64,000 nt of DNA from an uncultured Acidimicrobiales bacterium (GCA_937922045.1 CAKZXA010000019.1:2315-66314); one strand, 5' to 3'. Shown: positions 53,161-62,450, counted from the first letter of the stretch. Numbers and translations are program-made. Notes: generated by a model not told the origin, from the letters alone.

Positions 53161-53790
53161 GTGGCGACGACTTCACCGCCGACTCGGGATCGGATTCTGG
53201 CCACCGCAACCGATGCTTTTGCTGCTCAAGGCGTTGCCGGAACCTCGCTCGATGGGCTTGCCGCCGACCTTGGCGTGACGAAACAGACGATTTTGTACCA
53301 CTTCGGCTCGAAGGACGGATTGACCAAGAGCGTCGTCGAGTCGGCCGCTCATGAGCTCATGAAGGTGCTCGATGAGGCGGTGGCGGTGAGCGAGCCGGGC
53401 TGGCCCCGGATAGACGCCATTGTTCGTGCTGCCTTCCGCCTCGCCATCCGTCGCCCCGAACTGCTTGGCCTTTTGCGCGAGGTGAGCCGGCTAGGCCCCC
53501 CGGTGGCAGATGTGGTTTTGGATATCCTCCAGCCCCGAGTTGATCAAACAATCGACTATCTCCAACGCTGGATGGAAGCCGCTGCTCAGGAGGGCGGACT
53601 ACCTCCTGGGGGAGTGAACGACCCCCGGCTTGTGCTGGTCTCCGCGTACACCATGGTTACCGGCGTCGTCACCGACGCCGAGGTGTTGCGGGCGGCTGGA
53701 CTCGAATTGGATCTGAGGGTGGCCGCTGGCTTGCGTCGGACCTTGTTATCGTTCCTTGAAGCAGCACTTCCAGTAGCCGCTGCTACATGA
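53161..53790 (+). CDS. TetR family transcriptional regulator
   Basis: HTH: RDRILATATDAFAAQGVAGTSLDGLAADLGVTKQTILYHFGSKDGL. GTG start. Confidence 0.85.
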   Translation: MATTSPPTRDRILATATDAFAAQGVAGTSLDGLAADLGVTKQTILYHFGSKDGLTKSVVESAAHELMKVLDEAVAVSEPGWPRIDAIVRAAFRLAIRRPELLGLLREVSRLGPPVADVVLDILQPRVDQTIDYLQRWMEAAAQEGGLPPGGVNDPRLVLVSAYTMVTGVVTDAEVLRAAGLELDLRVAAGLRRTLLSFLEAALPVAAAT

Positions 53791-53842
53791 GGGTCTGGGC
53801 CACGACTTGTTAGGACTAAAAGACCGTGTCGGGAAGAACGTG

Positions 53843-56140
53843 ATGGCGTCATCGCAGCCAAAATCTGAACGTCGGCGGGCGACATGGGTCGCGTCCGCTC
53901 TGATCTGCGTGACTGTTTTTGTCGGGGCCCAACCAGTGCTGGCTCAAGACCCGTCTTCTTGTTCCACGAAGGTTGTCGACACCAGCGGCGAGCTCGACAT
54001 CTTCGAGGTTGAAGCCGCTCTTGTCCGCGTCGATCCTCAGGCCATCATCGTGGTACGCGGGTTCGGCTCTATCGCCAACGGCAACCTTCAGGGTGAGATC
54101 GACGAGATCGTGTCTGAATGTTTCTCGAACGGCGTCGACTCAATCGCTGACGACGTGATCGTGCTCAGCTTCTCGGTCCTCGATCGGCAGTCCGATGTGT
54201 GGATCGGCGCAGACTGGGGTCAAGCACTTCCCGATCCCGACTATGTGCGCCAGGAGGTCATGGGCGGCCCCATCGACGAAGGCGACTTCACCGGCGGCGT
54301 GGTGGCAGCCATCGAAACGATCGAAGTAGGCGTGGCCGAAGTGGTTGCCGGCGCAGACGCAGAGGCAGACGACGACGAAACCAGTGCCACCGGCACCAGC
54401 ACAGAATCCGGAGACGGATTTCCTCTTCTGCCTGCAGCCGGCCTGCTCGCGGTTGCCGCCGCCGGTAGCGGCGGTGTTGTGGTCGCCCGCCGACGAAGCA
54501 AGCTCCAAGCGGCACGGGGCGAAGTGGAGCGGGCGATGGCGGGCCCGGTGATCCGAACCGGCGTCGTGAGGGAACGAGCCGTTCGGGCCGAAGACTCCGT
54601 CGATATGTGGGGTAAAGTCGTCAACGGTCGCACGGCGGCACGGCTCGACGAGCTACGGGCCGAAGCTGAACAAGGCGCCCGTGGAACCGAACGAGCTTCG
54701 TCGCTTCTCAACCAGTCGATGCCCAATGGTGTTTCGAGCGCAGGACACGATCAGCTGGCGAGGGCCCGCGAGCGTCTCAACGAGCTGTCCAGGGCGCTCG
54801 ATGTTCACGACGAAGTACTCGACCGGGTGTTCTCCTTTGGCGCCCACATCGACCATCTCCGTATCGCGGTTCCAGCGAAGAAAGAGCTTCTGATCGACGA
54901 GGTCAACCCGGCTTTGGCCTTGGTCGAAAGCCGACGGGCAGACGGCTGGACGGTCGGGACTGCATCTCGCGATCTCCTCGATGTGAAGGCCAAGATGCTC
55001 CGTCTCTCGTTCAAGGACCTGGAACAAGACTGGCTGACTATCTCCGAGGAGGTGGAGGCGGCCGAGGCAAACCTGTTCGCAGCCGAGCACAGCCTGCAGA
55101 CCCTGCCCGAGAAGGAAGAGTCTCTGCAGCGATGGTCAGATGAACTGGCAAATGCTTTCGAGGTCGAGTCCAGCCGAGTCGAGTATCTGAAGCGCAAGTT
55201 TCAGTCGCTGGCCGCAGTGCATGCCAGCGACTCCTGGCAGTGGGCGCTCGATTACCCGGAGCGCTCGTCGGCCGAGCTGGCTCGATCGGACGAGCTACGC
55301 ATCGACGCGATTACGTCGGATTTGGCTGAGCAGCGGTTCGATGAGACGGGTCAGAAGCTTGAGGCTTCTGGTCTCCACCTGATCGCCGCCGATGATCTGC
55401 TGGATCAGGTCGATGACCTCTTCGTCGATCTCGAACAAGCCGAGGCCGAGGCGCCTGGGATCCTGGCCCAAGGCCGCCAGATCTTAGGAGAGTTGACCGC
55501 CTTCATCGCATCCAACGACGGCGACTTGGACGACACCTACAACGCCAAGCCCGGCCAGCTCAGCCGTACCCTTGAGAGCCTTGAGGTGGAGCTACGCCAG
55601 CTGAAGCCGAACCATCTGAGGGTGGCTGAAGTCGGCGATCGCATCAATCGACAGATGGACGAGCTCCTGGCGAAGGCAATCGATGAGCAGGCAGCCACCG
55701 AGGCGCTGAGGCGCGAGGGTCACCGAGAGATTGCCCGAGCTGAACGGGCCGTGTCCCGAGCTCGGCGTGCGCTGGGCTGGGAACTGATCTCATCCAACGA
55801 CGGTGAAGATCTGGATCAGCTTGAAGCTTCGCTTGGAGATCTTCCGACCGACCTAGCCGAAAGGGCCGAGCAGGCTGGCCGAATTGCCGATGCGGCTCTC
55901 CGCATCCAGGAGCGCATCATCGCCCGCCGCAGGCGAAGCAGCACCTGGGTGGTTGTGGGTAGCGGCCAGAACGGCTGGGGCAGCGGTACCGGCGGTGGTT
56001 TCGGTGGTGGCTTCGGCGGCACCGGAAGCGGTGGTTTCGGTGGCGGTGGTGGTAGCCGTGGCTTCGGTGGTGGTTTCGGAGACTTTGGTGGTGGCGGTGG
56101 CCGTAGCTTCGGCGGCGGCCGTTCGAGCGGCGGTTTCTAG
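53843..56140 (+). CDS. TPM-domain membrane protein with long coiled-coil cytoplasmic region and Gly-rich C-terminal tail
   Basis: Signal peptide, TPM-like domain (VVDTSGEL...VIVLSFSVLDRQSDVWIGADWG...GDFTGG), one TM helix, about 480 aa of helical heptad-like sequence, and a terminal (GGF/GGG)n tail. Confidence 0.6.
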   Translation: MASSQPKSERRRATWVASALICVTVFVGAQPVLAQDPSSCSTKVVDTSGELDIFEVEAALVRVDPQAIIVVRGFGSIANGNLQGEIDEIVSECFSNGVDSIADDVIVLSFSVLDRQSDVWIGADWGQALPDPDYVRQEVMGGPIDEGDFTGGVVAAIETIEVGVAEVVAGADAEADDDETSATGTSTESGDGFPLLPAAGLLAVAAAGSGGVVVARRRSKLQAARGEVERAMAGPVIRTGVVRERAVRAEDSVDMWGKVVNGRTAARLDELRAEAEQGARGTERASSLLNQSMPNGVSSAGHDQLARARERLNELSRALDVHDEVLDRVFSFGAHIDHLRIAVPAKKELLIDEVNPALALVESRRADGWTVGTASRDLLDVKAKMLRLSFKDLEQDWLTISEEVEAAEANLFAAEHSLQTLPEKEESLQRWSDELANAFEVESSRVEYLKRKFQSLAAVHASDSWQWALDYPERSSAELARSDELRIDAITSDLAEQRFDETGQKLEASGLHLIAADDLLDQVDDLFVDLEQAEAEAPGILAQGRQILGELTAFIASNDGDLDDTYNAKPGQLSRTLESLEVELRQLKPNHLRVAEVGDRINRQMDELLAKAIDEQAATEALRREGHREIARAERAVSRARRALGWELISSNDGEDLDQLEASLGDLPTDLAERAEQAGRIADAALRIQERIIARRRRSSTWVVVGSGQNGWGSGTGGGFGGGFGGTGSGGFGGGGGSRGFGGGFGDFGGGGGRSFGGGRSSGGF

Positions 56141-56190
56141 CCCCGCCAGCCGGTGCGTACCATCTCTGATGCCTCCAACGATCGTTGGTG

Positions 56191-57351
56191 TTACGAGTGG
56201 GCGGTCTCGCGTTTAGCTGAGCGGCGCTCGTGGCGTTCCAAGGCGAGTTCGATGAGTCGATCGATCAGGGCGCTGTAGGACATGCCGGAGGCCTCCCACA
56301 GCTTGGGATACATGGAGATAGGCGTAAAGCCCGGGATGGTGTTCAGCTCGTTGAGCAAGGGTCCGCGTCCATCTTCCTCATAGAGGAAGTCGGCTCGGGC
56401 CATGCCTTCGAGCCGAAGCGCCCGGTATGACTCGACGGCGAGTTGTTGAAGCTGTTCGGCGACACCGTCGGGTAGCTCGGCCGGGATGATGAGCTCGGCC
56501 GCACCGTCGTGATACTTGTCCTCATAGTCGTAGAAATCGGCGCCGGGCACGACTTCGCCCGGGACGGAAACCTCGATCTCGTTGTTTCCAAGCACCGACA
56601 ACTCGATCTCGCGGGCGGTCACCGCCTCTTCCAGCACGATCACTTCGTCGTAGCGCAGCGCCTTGTTGACTGCGGCTACCAGCTCGTCGGCGGTGGAAGC
56701 CTTCGACACCCCGACCGACGACCCCATATTGGCTGGCTTGACGAAGATGGGGAGACCCAACTCTTCGACGGCCATCTCAAGGATGGGTTGAGGATCGTCG
56801 GCGAGTTCGTACTCGCTGATCGCCATCCAATGCGTTTGTGCGATGCCATTGGCTTCGAGCACGGTCTTTGCCATGGCCTTGTCCATGGTGACGGCCGAAC
56901 CGAGCACGCCAGCCCCCACGTAGGCGACGTTTGCTAGCTCACACATTCCTTGGACGGTGCCATCTTCACCGAGGGGGCCGTGGAGGAGGGGCAGGACCAC
57001 GGTGCGCTGCCCGTCCGGGTTGTCGCCGACAGCGGCGGTGAGCTCGCGCGATGCCCCCACTGGTTCGAGTGGCTTGATTTGTGCGCCCTGCGCTGGGTCG
57101 GCGTCGATCGGAGGCAGCATCGCGACCGACTCGCCGGCGTCGACGAAGGCGCCGTCCCGGGTGATGCCGATCGCCTGGATGTCGTAGCGATTCCGGTCGA
57201 CGGCGGCGAGGACGTGGGCGGCTGTGGTGCACGACACGTCGTGCTCAGCGGATTGGCCGCCGAACAGCACGAGAAGACGGATGCGATCGGCAGCGGTGGT
57301 GTCGGTGTTCACAGCCCAACAGTAGCCGATGGGTTTCGCCTGTTTATTCAA
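56191..57351 (-). CDS. ddl: D-alanine--D-alanine ligase
   Basis: LFGGQSAEHDVSCTTA at the N-terminus, ATP-grasp motifs (PIFVKPANMGSSVGVSK) and a C-terminal LNELNTIPGFT motif. Confidence 0.9.
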   Translation of the reverse strand: MNKQAKPIGYCWAVNTDTTAADRIRLLVLFGGQSAEHDVSCTTAAHVLAAVDRNRYDIQAIGITRDGAFVDAGESVAMLPPIDADPAQGAQIKPLEPVGASRELTAAVGDNPDGQRTVVLPLLHGPLGEDGTVQGMCELANVAYVGAGVLGSAVTMDKAMAKTVLEANGIAQTHWMAISEYELADDPQPILEMAVEELGLPIFVKPANMGSSVGVSKASTADELVAAVNKALRYDEVIVLEEAVTAREIELSVLGNNEIEVSVPGEVVPGADFYDYEDKYHDGAAELIIPAELPDGVAEQLQQLAVESYRALRLEGMARADFLYEEDGRGPLLNELNTIPGFTPISMYPKLWEASGMSYSALIDRLIELALERHERRSAKRETAHS

Positions 57352-57420
57352 TCATCGGTTCGGGCTGAGGATCTGAGCGGCTGCCACCGCTCGGGATGCA
57401 GGATCGGCTAGAACCGAGAC

Positions 57421-58794
57421 GTGCATCTCTCTTTGTCCGACCTTGTCACCCATCTGAACCAGGCCGGGGTCGCTGCCTCCCTTCACCAGAGCGACGCTGT
57501 TCAGGACGCAACGATCCGCGGGGTGACTACCGATAGTCGATCGGTGGGCGATGGTCAGCTTTTCGTGCCCCTGCTTGCCGAACGCGACGGCCATGACTTC
57601 CTGCTCGGCGCTTTGAAGGCCGGGGCCTCGGCCAGCCTGACGTCGCGCTCAAGCGATGGCTGGACTGGAGCGGAGCTGGCTGCCGCCCACCCGGACAAGA
57701 CGGTGATCCAGGTTGCCGACACCGATCGAGCATTGAGCGAGATCGGGCGGTTTGCGCGAAGTAAACACGACGGCCCCGTCGTTGGTATCACGGGCAGTGT
57801 TGGAAAGACCTCGGCCAAAGATCTAACCCTGGCTGCATGCGCTGCGACCTTGAACACCTGGGCATCGGAGAAGTCGTTCAACAATGAGATCGGTGTGCCG
57901 TTGACACTCGTGAACGCTCCCGATGACACCGAAGTGATGGTGGTGGAGATGGGGGCCCGCGGTGTCGGTCACATAGCGGATCTTTGTGCGATTGCGAAAC
58001 CAACGATCGGGGTGGTGACGACCGTGGCGATGGCCCATTCGGCGTTGTTTGGTTCGATCGAGGCGATCGCTCAGGCCAAGGGCGAACTGATCGAGGCCTT
58101 ACCCGCCGACGGCACGGCCGTGTTGAATGCCGACAACCCTCTCGTTGCTGCGATGGCGGATCGTTGTTCTGGGCGGGTGCAGACGTTTGGGTATGCGGAT
58201 GGTGCTGATCTTCGAGTTGTCGATGTGGAGCTGAACGAGTGGCTACAGCCTCGATTCGGGTTGGTGTACCAACGCGAGCGCTTCGATCTCCGGCTGCAAG
58301 TGGCTGGAGCACATATGGCGTCGAACGCGGCGGCTGCTGTTTGCGCCGCGATGGCGGCTGGCGTCGAGATCACCGACGCCATCGCCGGGGTGGCTTCTGG
58401 TGCCCTGTCGCCTATGAGGATGGAGGTCTCCACCGCGGCGTCGGGGGCTCTGGTGATCAACGATGCCTACAACGCCAATCCAACCTCGATGCGGGCGGCG
58501 CTTGCCGCACTTGTGCGCCTCGAGGCAGCGTCGAAGACGGCGGTTGTTGGCTTGATGGCAGAGCTCGGGTCTGAAGGATCAGCCGAGCATGTGGCCATCG
58601 CCGAGGAAATGACTGCTGCCGGGGTGCGGGTGTTGGCCGTTGACGCCGCCGACTATGGGGAAGCGGCTGAACATGTTGAATCGATCGAGCAAGCCCACCA
58701 GGAGTTGAGGGCATTGGGGCCCGGGGATGCAGTGCTGATAAAGGGCAGTCGTGTGGCGGCGTTGGAACGGCTGGCGAGCGCCCTTCTCGGCTAG
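57421..58794 (+). CDS. murF: UDP-N-acetylmuramoyl-tripeptide--D-alanyl-D-alanine ligase
   Basis: Mur ligase P-loop GITGSVGKTSAKD, NNEIGVPLTL and DAYNANPTSM motifs. GTG start. Confidence 0.9.
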   Translation: MHLSLSDLVTHLNQAGVAASLHQSDAVQDATIRGVTTDSRSVGDGQLFVPLLAERDGHDFLLGALKAGASASLTSRSSDGWTGAELAAAHPDKTVIQVADTDRALSEIGRFARSKHDGPVVGITGSVGKTSAKDLTLAACAATLNTWASEKSFNNEIGVPLTLVNAPDDTEVMVVEMGARGVGHIADLCAIAKPTIGVVTTVAMAHSALFGSIEAIAQAKGELIEALPADGTAVLNADNPLVAAMADRCSGRVQTFGYADGADLRVVDVELNEWLQPRFGLVYQRERFDLRLQVAGAHMASNAAAAVCAAMAAGVEITDAIAGVASGALSPMRMEVSTAASGALVINDAYNANPTSMRAALAALVRLEAASKTAVVGLMAELGSEGSAEHVAIAEEMTAAGVRVLAVDAADYGEAAEHVESIEQAHQELRALGPGDAVLIKGSRVAALERLASALLG

Positions 58795-58805
58795 CCTCAG
58801 GACCC

Positions 58806-59708
58806 ATGGCAGCATCGACGTCGTCGGCCCATCCACCGGCGCAAAGGCCGACGCTCGGCACCTGGTGGGCCGGGGCCAGGCCAAAGACGTTGCCTGCAGC
58901 CGTCGTGCCGGTAGCGGTGGGAACAGCAGTTGTAGGAGCCGGCACGATCTGGTGGCGGGCGGCGGCAGCGCTCGTCGTCTCCCTGGCGCTTCAGATCGGT
59001 ACAAACTACGTCAACGACTACGCCGACGGTGAACGCGGCACCGACGATGGGCGAGTCGGGCCAATGCGGCTGGTCGGCAGTGGCGCTGCCTCGACCGGCC
59101 AGGTGAAGAAGGCGGCCGCTGCGGCTTTTCTGGTTGCCGCTCTTGTCGGCCTCGGCCTGGCCGTCGCGGTTGGCTGGGAGCTTCTGATCGTCGGGGCAGC
59201 GTCGATTCTTGCTGGTTGGGCCTACACGGGTGGCCCGAAACCCTACGGCTATTACGGCATGGGTGAAGTGTTCGTCTTCGTCTTCTTTGGCATGGTCGCC
59301 ACCGTCGGTTCTGCTTATCTGCAGACCGAAACGGTGACCGGCGATGCGGTCGTGGCGGCAGTGCCGGTCGGCCTTCTGGCTGTCGCCCTGCTGGTGGTTA
59401 ACAATCTGCGAGACATTCCGGGAGACACCGAATCGGGCAAACGAACCTTGGCGGTTCGTCTTGGAGACACCACAACGCGGCGACTCTACGTTGGGTTGTT
59501 GGCGGTCGCTGGGCTGGGGATGATCGTGCTCGGGCTGCGACAGAATGGGGCCTGGCTTGGTCTGGTCGGATTGGCCAGTGGCATTGTGCCGGTGCGGCAG
59601 GTTTTGACGGGCGCCAAGGGGTTGGCGTTGATTCCGACCCTTGGAGCAACCGGCCGGACCCAGCTCTTGACCGGACTCAGTTTGGCGCTGGGTCTTGCGA
59701 TTTGGTGA
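58806..59708 (+). CDS. menA: 1,4-dihydroxy-2-naphthoate polyprenyltransferase (UbiA superfamily)
   Basis: WWAGARPKTLPAAVVPV, the NYVNDYADGERGTD Asp-rich motif and the NNLRDIPGD second motif. About 9 TM helices. Confidence 0.8.
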   Translation: MAASTSSAHPPAQRPTLGTWWAGARPKTLPAAVVPVAVGTAVVGAGTIWWRAAAALVVSLALQIGTNYVNDYADGERGTDDGRVGPMRLVGSGAASTGQVKKAAAAAFLVAALVGLGLAVAVGWELLIVGAASILAGWAYTGGPKPYGYYGMGEVFVFVFFGMVATVGSAYLQTETVTGDAVVAAVPVGLLAVALLVVNNLRDIPGDTESGKRTLAVRLGDTTTRRLYVGLLAVAGLGMIVLGLRQNGAWLGLVGLASGIVPVRQVLTGAKGLALIPTLGATGRTQLLTGLSLALGLAIW

Positions 59709-59760
59709 AGACGCGAAGAAGAAACTTGATCGGTAGTGGACCTTTGCCGAACCACTATTC

Positions 59761-60633
59761 GTGGCGAATGTTCAGACGGTCCAGAAGACGACGATCCCTT
59801 GTGCAGCGGTGGCAGTGGGTGCTGTCGGTGAGATCCCCAAAAATCTTCCCACCGGTGAGGTCTTAGCGGTAGGTAGCGTCAGTGGCGATCACGCCCTGCC
59901 CGATGCTGGTCGTGAGGCGGTGTTGGCCGACCGGCTCGGTGCTCGCCTGACCTGTCAAACCGTGTTGCAGGGTTTGTTGGCGTTGTGGTTTCTGCCGGCG
60001 GCCGTGCAGTTTGTGGTCGGCGCTTCGGCTGTTTTCGGTCTTCCGGCTCCCGGCTCAGACGCTATTGCTCAGAGGGTCGACTTGGTGTGGGCCACCGTGG
60101 CGATCTTGTCGCTGCCGACGCTGCTTGTTGGTGCAATGTGGGCGATCCGCTCGTGGCCTTCGTTTCCCTCGGGGGCTGAGGTGCCAGACCGCTGGGCTCA
60201 TGGGGTTGGTCTAACGCTTTGTATTGCCTGTGTGCCTCTGTTGCCGATGATGACGTCGTTGGCCCCTTCACTGTTGCCAATCGTGCTGCTGTTTATGGCT
60301 ACGTGTGGTTTTGTGGTTGGTCTCTACCCGGCCCGCTGGGTTCAGGCCGTCGGAACGCGGGAGGCTGAAATGTTGGCGGCGTTTCTGATGGTCATGGCTT
60401 TTCAGCTGTCGATCGGATGGTTTCATCTAACCACTTGGGGTTCGGCCACGTCGCTGTTGTTGGCCTGCGAGGGAGCAGCTCTAGCGGTGACGAGCCTTGG
60501 TTCGGTCAGGGCCGTATCGGCCATGACGGCCAATGTGGGAACGCCGGCCACCGAGGGTGTTGGGGTCATCACGTCGGAGCCTATGGCTTCAGAGGCGATG
60601 GCTTCCGTCGGTTCGATGTCTACTTTTGGCTAA
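59761..60633 (+). CDS. hypothetical polytopic membrane protein
   Basis: Multiple hydrophobic helices. GTG start. No family was recognised. Confidence 0.4.
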   Translation: MANVQTVQKTTIPCAAVAVGAVGEIPKNLPTGEVLAVGSVSGDHALPDAGREAVLADRLGARLTCQTVLQGLLALWFLPAAVQFVVGASAVFGLPAPGSDAIAQRVDLVWATVAILSLPTLLVGAMWAIRSWPSFPSGAEVPDRWAHGVGLTLCIACVPLLPMMTSLAPSLLPIVLLFMATCGFVVGLYPARWVQAVGTREAEMLAAFLMVMAFQLSIGWFHLTTWGSATSLLLACEGAALAVTSLGSVRAVSAMTANVGTPATEGVGVITSEPMASEAMASVGSMSTFG

Positions 60634-60685
60634 GCGCTTGACGTTGTGCATCTGATCGGCGTTTAACGCTTCTAGCCTGGAGTGT

Positions 60686-61405
60686 GTGCCTTCGGGATTG
60701 ACTCGGGACTATTACGGCATCCTCGGGGTGGCGAGCGACGCAGCTCACGAGTCGATTCGTCGGGCCTATCTTGATCAGGCCCGCCATTGGCATCCTGACG
60801 CCTTCGCTGATCAGGCTGCGTCGGTGGTGGCAGAGGCCGAGCAGCGCATGCGCGATATCAACGAGGCGTGGCATGTTTTGGGATCGGCGCCGCGTCGCCG
60901 GGCCTATGACGGGCGCCGATCGGCTTCGCCGCGGCCCACAGATAGTGGGGTTGAGGGGATTCGCGTCGACGATGGGATAACTCGAATCGATCCGAGGTTG
61001 CTTGATCCCGACTTCATCGCTGCTCGGCGGTACGCCCAGCTGGACGAGATATCGATTCAGCACGGCATGATTGTTCGGGCTTTGCCGCTCTTGGCGGTGC
61101 TGGCCTTACTCGGTGGCATTCTGGTCGTGACGGCCTACGCCGCTGGGGGAGGGGGCGAGGCCGAGACGACGGTCACGAGCGTGACGCTGGCCGGTCCGAG
61201 TCTCGGTTCAGGAATCGACGGTGGTGATTGCGTGTCTGTTGCTAGTGGACCCAGCCTCATCGAACGGCCCTGTGACGCCCTCGCTGCCGGTCGGGTGATC
61301 GCAGCTCACCAGGCGGGCGGAGCCACATGTCCAGAGCAGGTAACCATCCGCGAGGTTGAGCTGACCAACGGGTGGACGGCTTGTTTGGGCCTGGTCGGCG
61401 GCTGA
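60686..61405 (+). CDS. J-domain (DnaJ-like) membrane protein
   Basis: DYYGILGV...AYLDQARHWHPD (HPD tripeptide), one TM helix (LPLLAVLALLGGILVVTAYAA) and a C-terminal 4-Cys domain. Confidence 0.8.
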   Translation: MPSGLTRDYYGILGVASDAAHESIRRAYLDQARHWHPDAFADQAASVVAEAEQRMRDINEAWHVLGSAPRRRAYDGRRSASPRPTDSGVEGIRVDDGITRIDPRLLDPDFIAARRYAQLDEISIQHGMIVRALPLLAVLALLGGILVVTAYAAGGGGEAETTVTSVTLAGPSLGSGIDGGDCVSVASGPSLIERPCDALAAGRVIAAHQAGGATCPEQVTIREVELTNGWTACLGLVGG

Positions 61406-61415
61406 CCTTCCGGGC

Positions 61416-62450
61416 CTAGCTCATTATGAGTTCGGCGGCAGCCTCCAGAAGAGTCGGTGGGCCACTGATGATCATGGTTTTGACTACTGATTCCTGCCAG
61501 GCGGCGAGATCATCGACGATTTTGGCTGGCGGGCCGACGAGGGCGATCGATTCGACCATGTCGGTGGGTACGGCGGCGACTGCGGCCTTCTTGTCGCCAC
61601 CGAGGTAGAGCTCCTGGATCTTTCGACAGACATCTTCGTAGCCCATCCGAGCGAAGACATCGAGGTGAAAGTTAGCGTCTTTAGCTCCCATGCCGCCGGC
61701 ATAGAGGGCGAGCATGGGACGGATCATGTCGGCTGCGGCCTCAAGGTCGTCATTGATGACGATCGGCACTACAGCGGCAACGTCGAAATCTTCAGCGCTC
61801 TTTCTGGCTCCTGGTCGGCTGAATCCCTCATCGAGAGCGGTCTGGTAGAAGTCGTTGTCTTTTGGGGAGAAGAAGAGGGGCAGCCAGCCGTCGGCGATCT
61901 CGGCCGTCATCGCCACGTTCTTGGGGCCTTCCGCTCCAAGGTAGATCGGGATTTCGTTGCGTCGTGGGTGCAGGGTCGATTTGAGTGGCTTGCCGAGTCC
62001 TGTGCCATCGCTGATTGGCATCTGATAGTGGGCACCGTCGTAGGTGACCGGCTCGCCTCGGTCGATGATCGAGCGCACGATTTCTACGTATTCTCGGGTT
62101 CTGGCCAGTGGCTTTGAATAGGGCTGTCCATACCAGCCTTCGACCACCTGAGGGCCGGATGCGCCCAGTCCTAGCCGGAACCGGCCGTCGGAGAGGTGGT
62201 CCATCGTCATTGCCGCCATGGCCATTGCTGCCGGTGTGCGGGCCGAGATCTGACAGATTGAGGTGCCGAGCTGGATGCGTTCGGTTGCTGCCCCCCACCA
62301 GGCGAGCGGAGTGAGTGCATCGGAGCCGTAGGCCTCTGCGGTCCACACACAATCGAAGTCGAGTCGTTCTGCGGCGGCGATTTGATCGGCTGCTCCTGCT
62401 GGCGGACCGGCAGACCAGTATCCCATTCCCAAGGCGAGTTGCATGGCCAC
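61416..62450 (-). CDS. LLM-class (luciferase-like) F420-dependent oxidoreductase
   Basis: TIM-barrel LLM signatures are present (FDCVWTAEAYGSDALTPLAWW, DHLSDGRFRLGLG). Length is 344 aa. Confidence 0.8.
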   Translation of the reverse strand: MAMQLALGMGYWSAGPPAGAADQIAAAERLDFDCVWTAEAYGSDALTPLAWWGAATERIQLGTSICQISARTPAAMAMAAMTMDHLSDGRFRLGLGASGPQVVEGWYGQPYSKPLARTREYVEIVRSIIDRGEPVTYDGAHYQMPISDGTGLGKPLKSTLHPRRNEIPIYLGAEGPKNVAMTAEIADGWLPLFFSPKDNDFYQTALDEGFSRPGARKSAEDFDVAAVVPIVINDDLEAAADMIRPMLALYAGGMGAKDANFHLDVFARMGYEDVCRKIQELYLGGDKKAAVAAVPTDMVESIALVGPPAKIVDDLAAWQESVVKTMIISGPPTLLEAAAELIMS

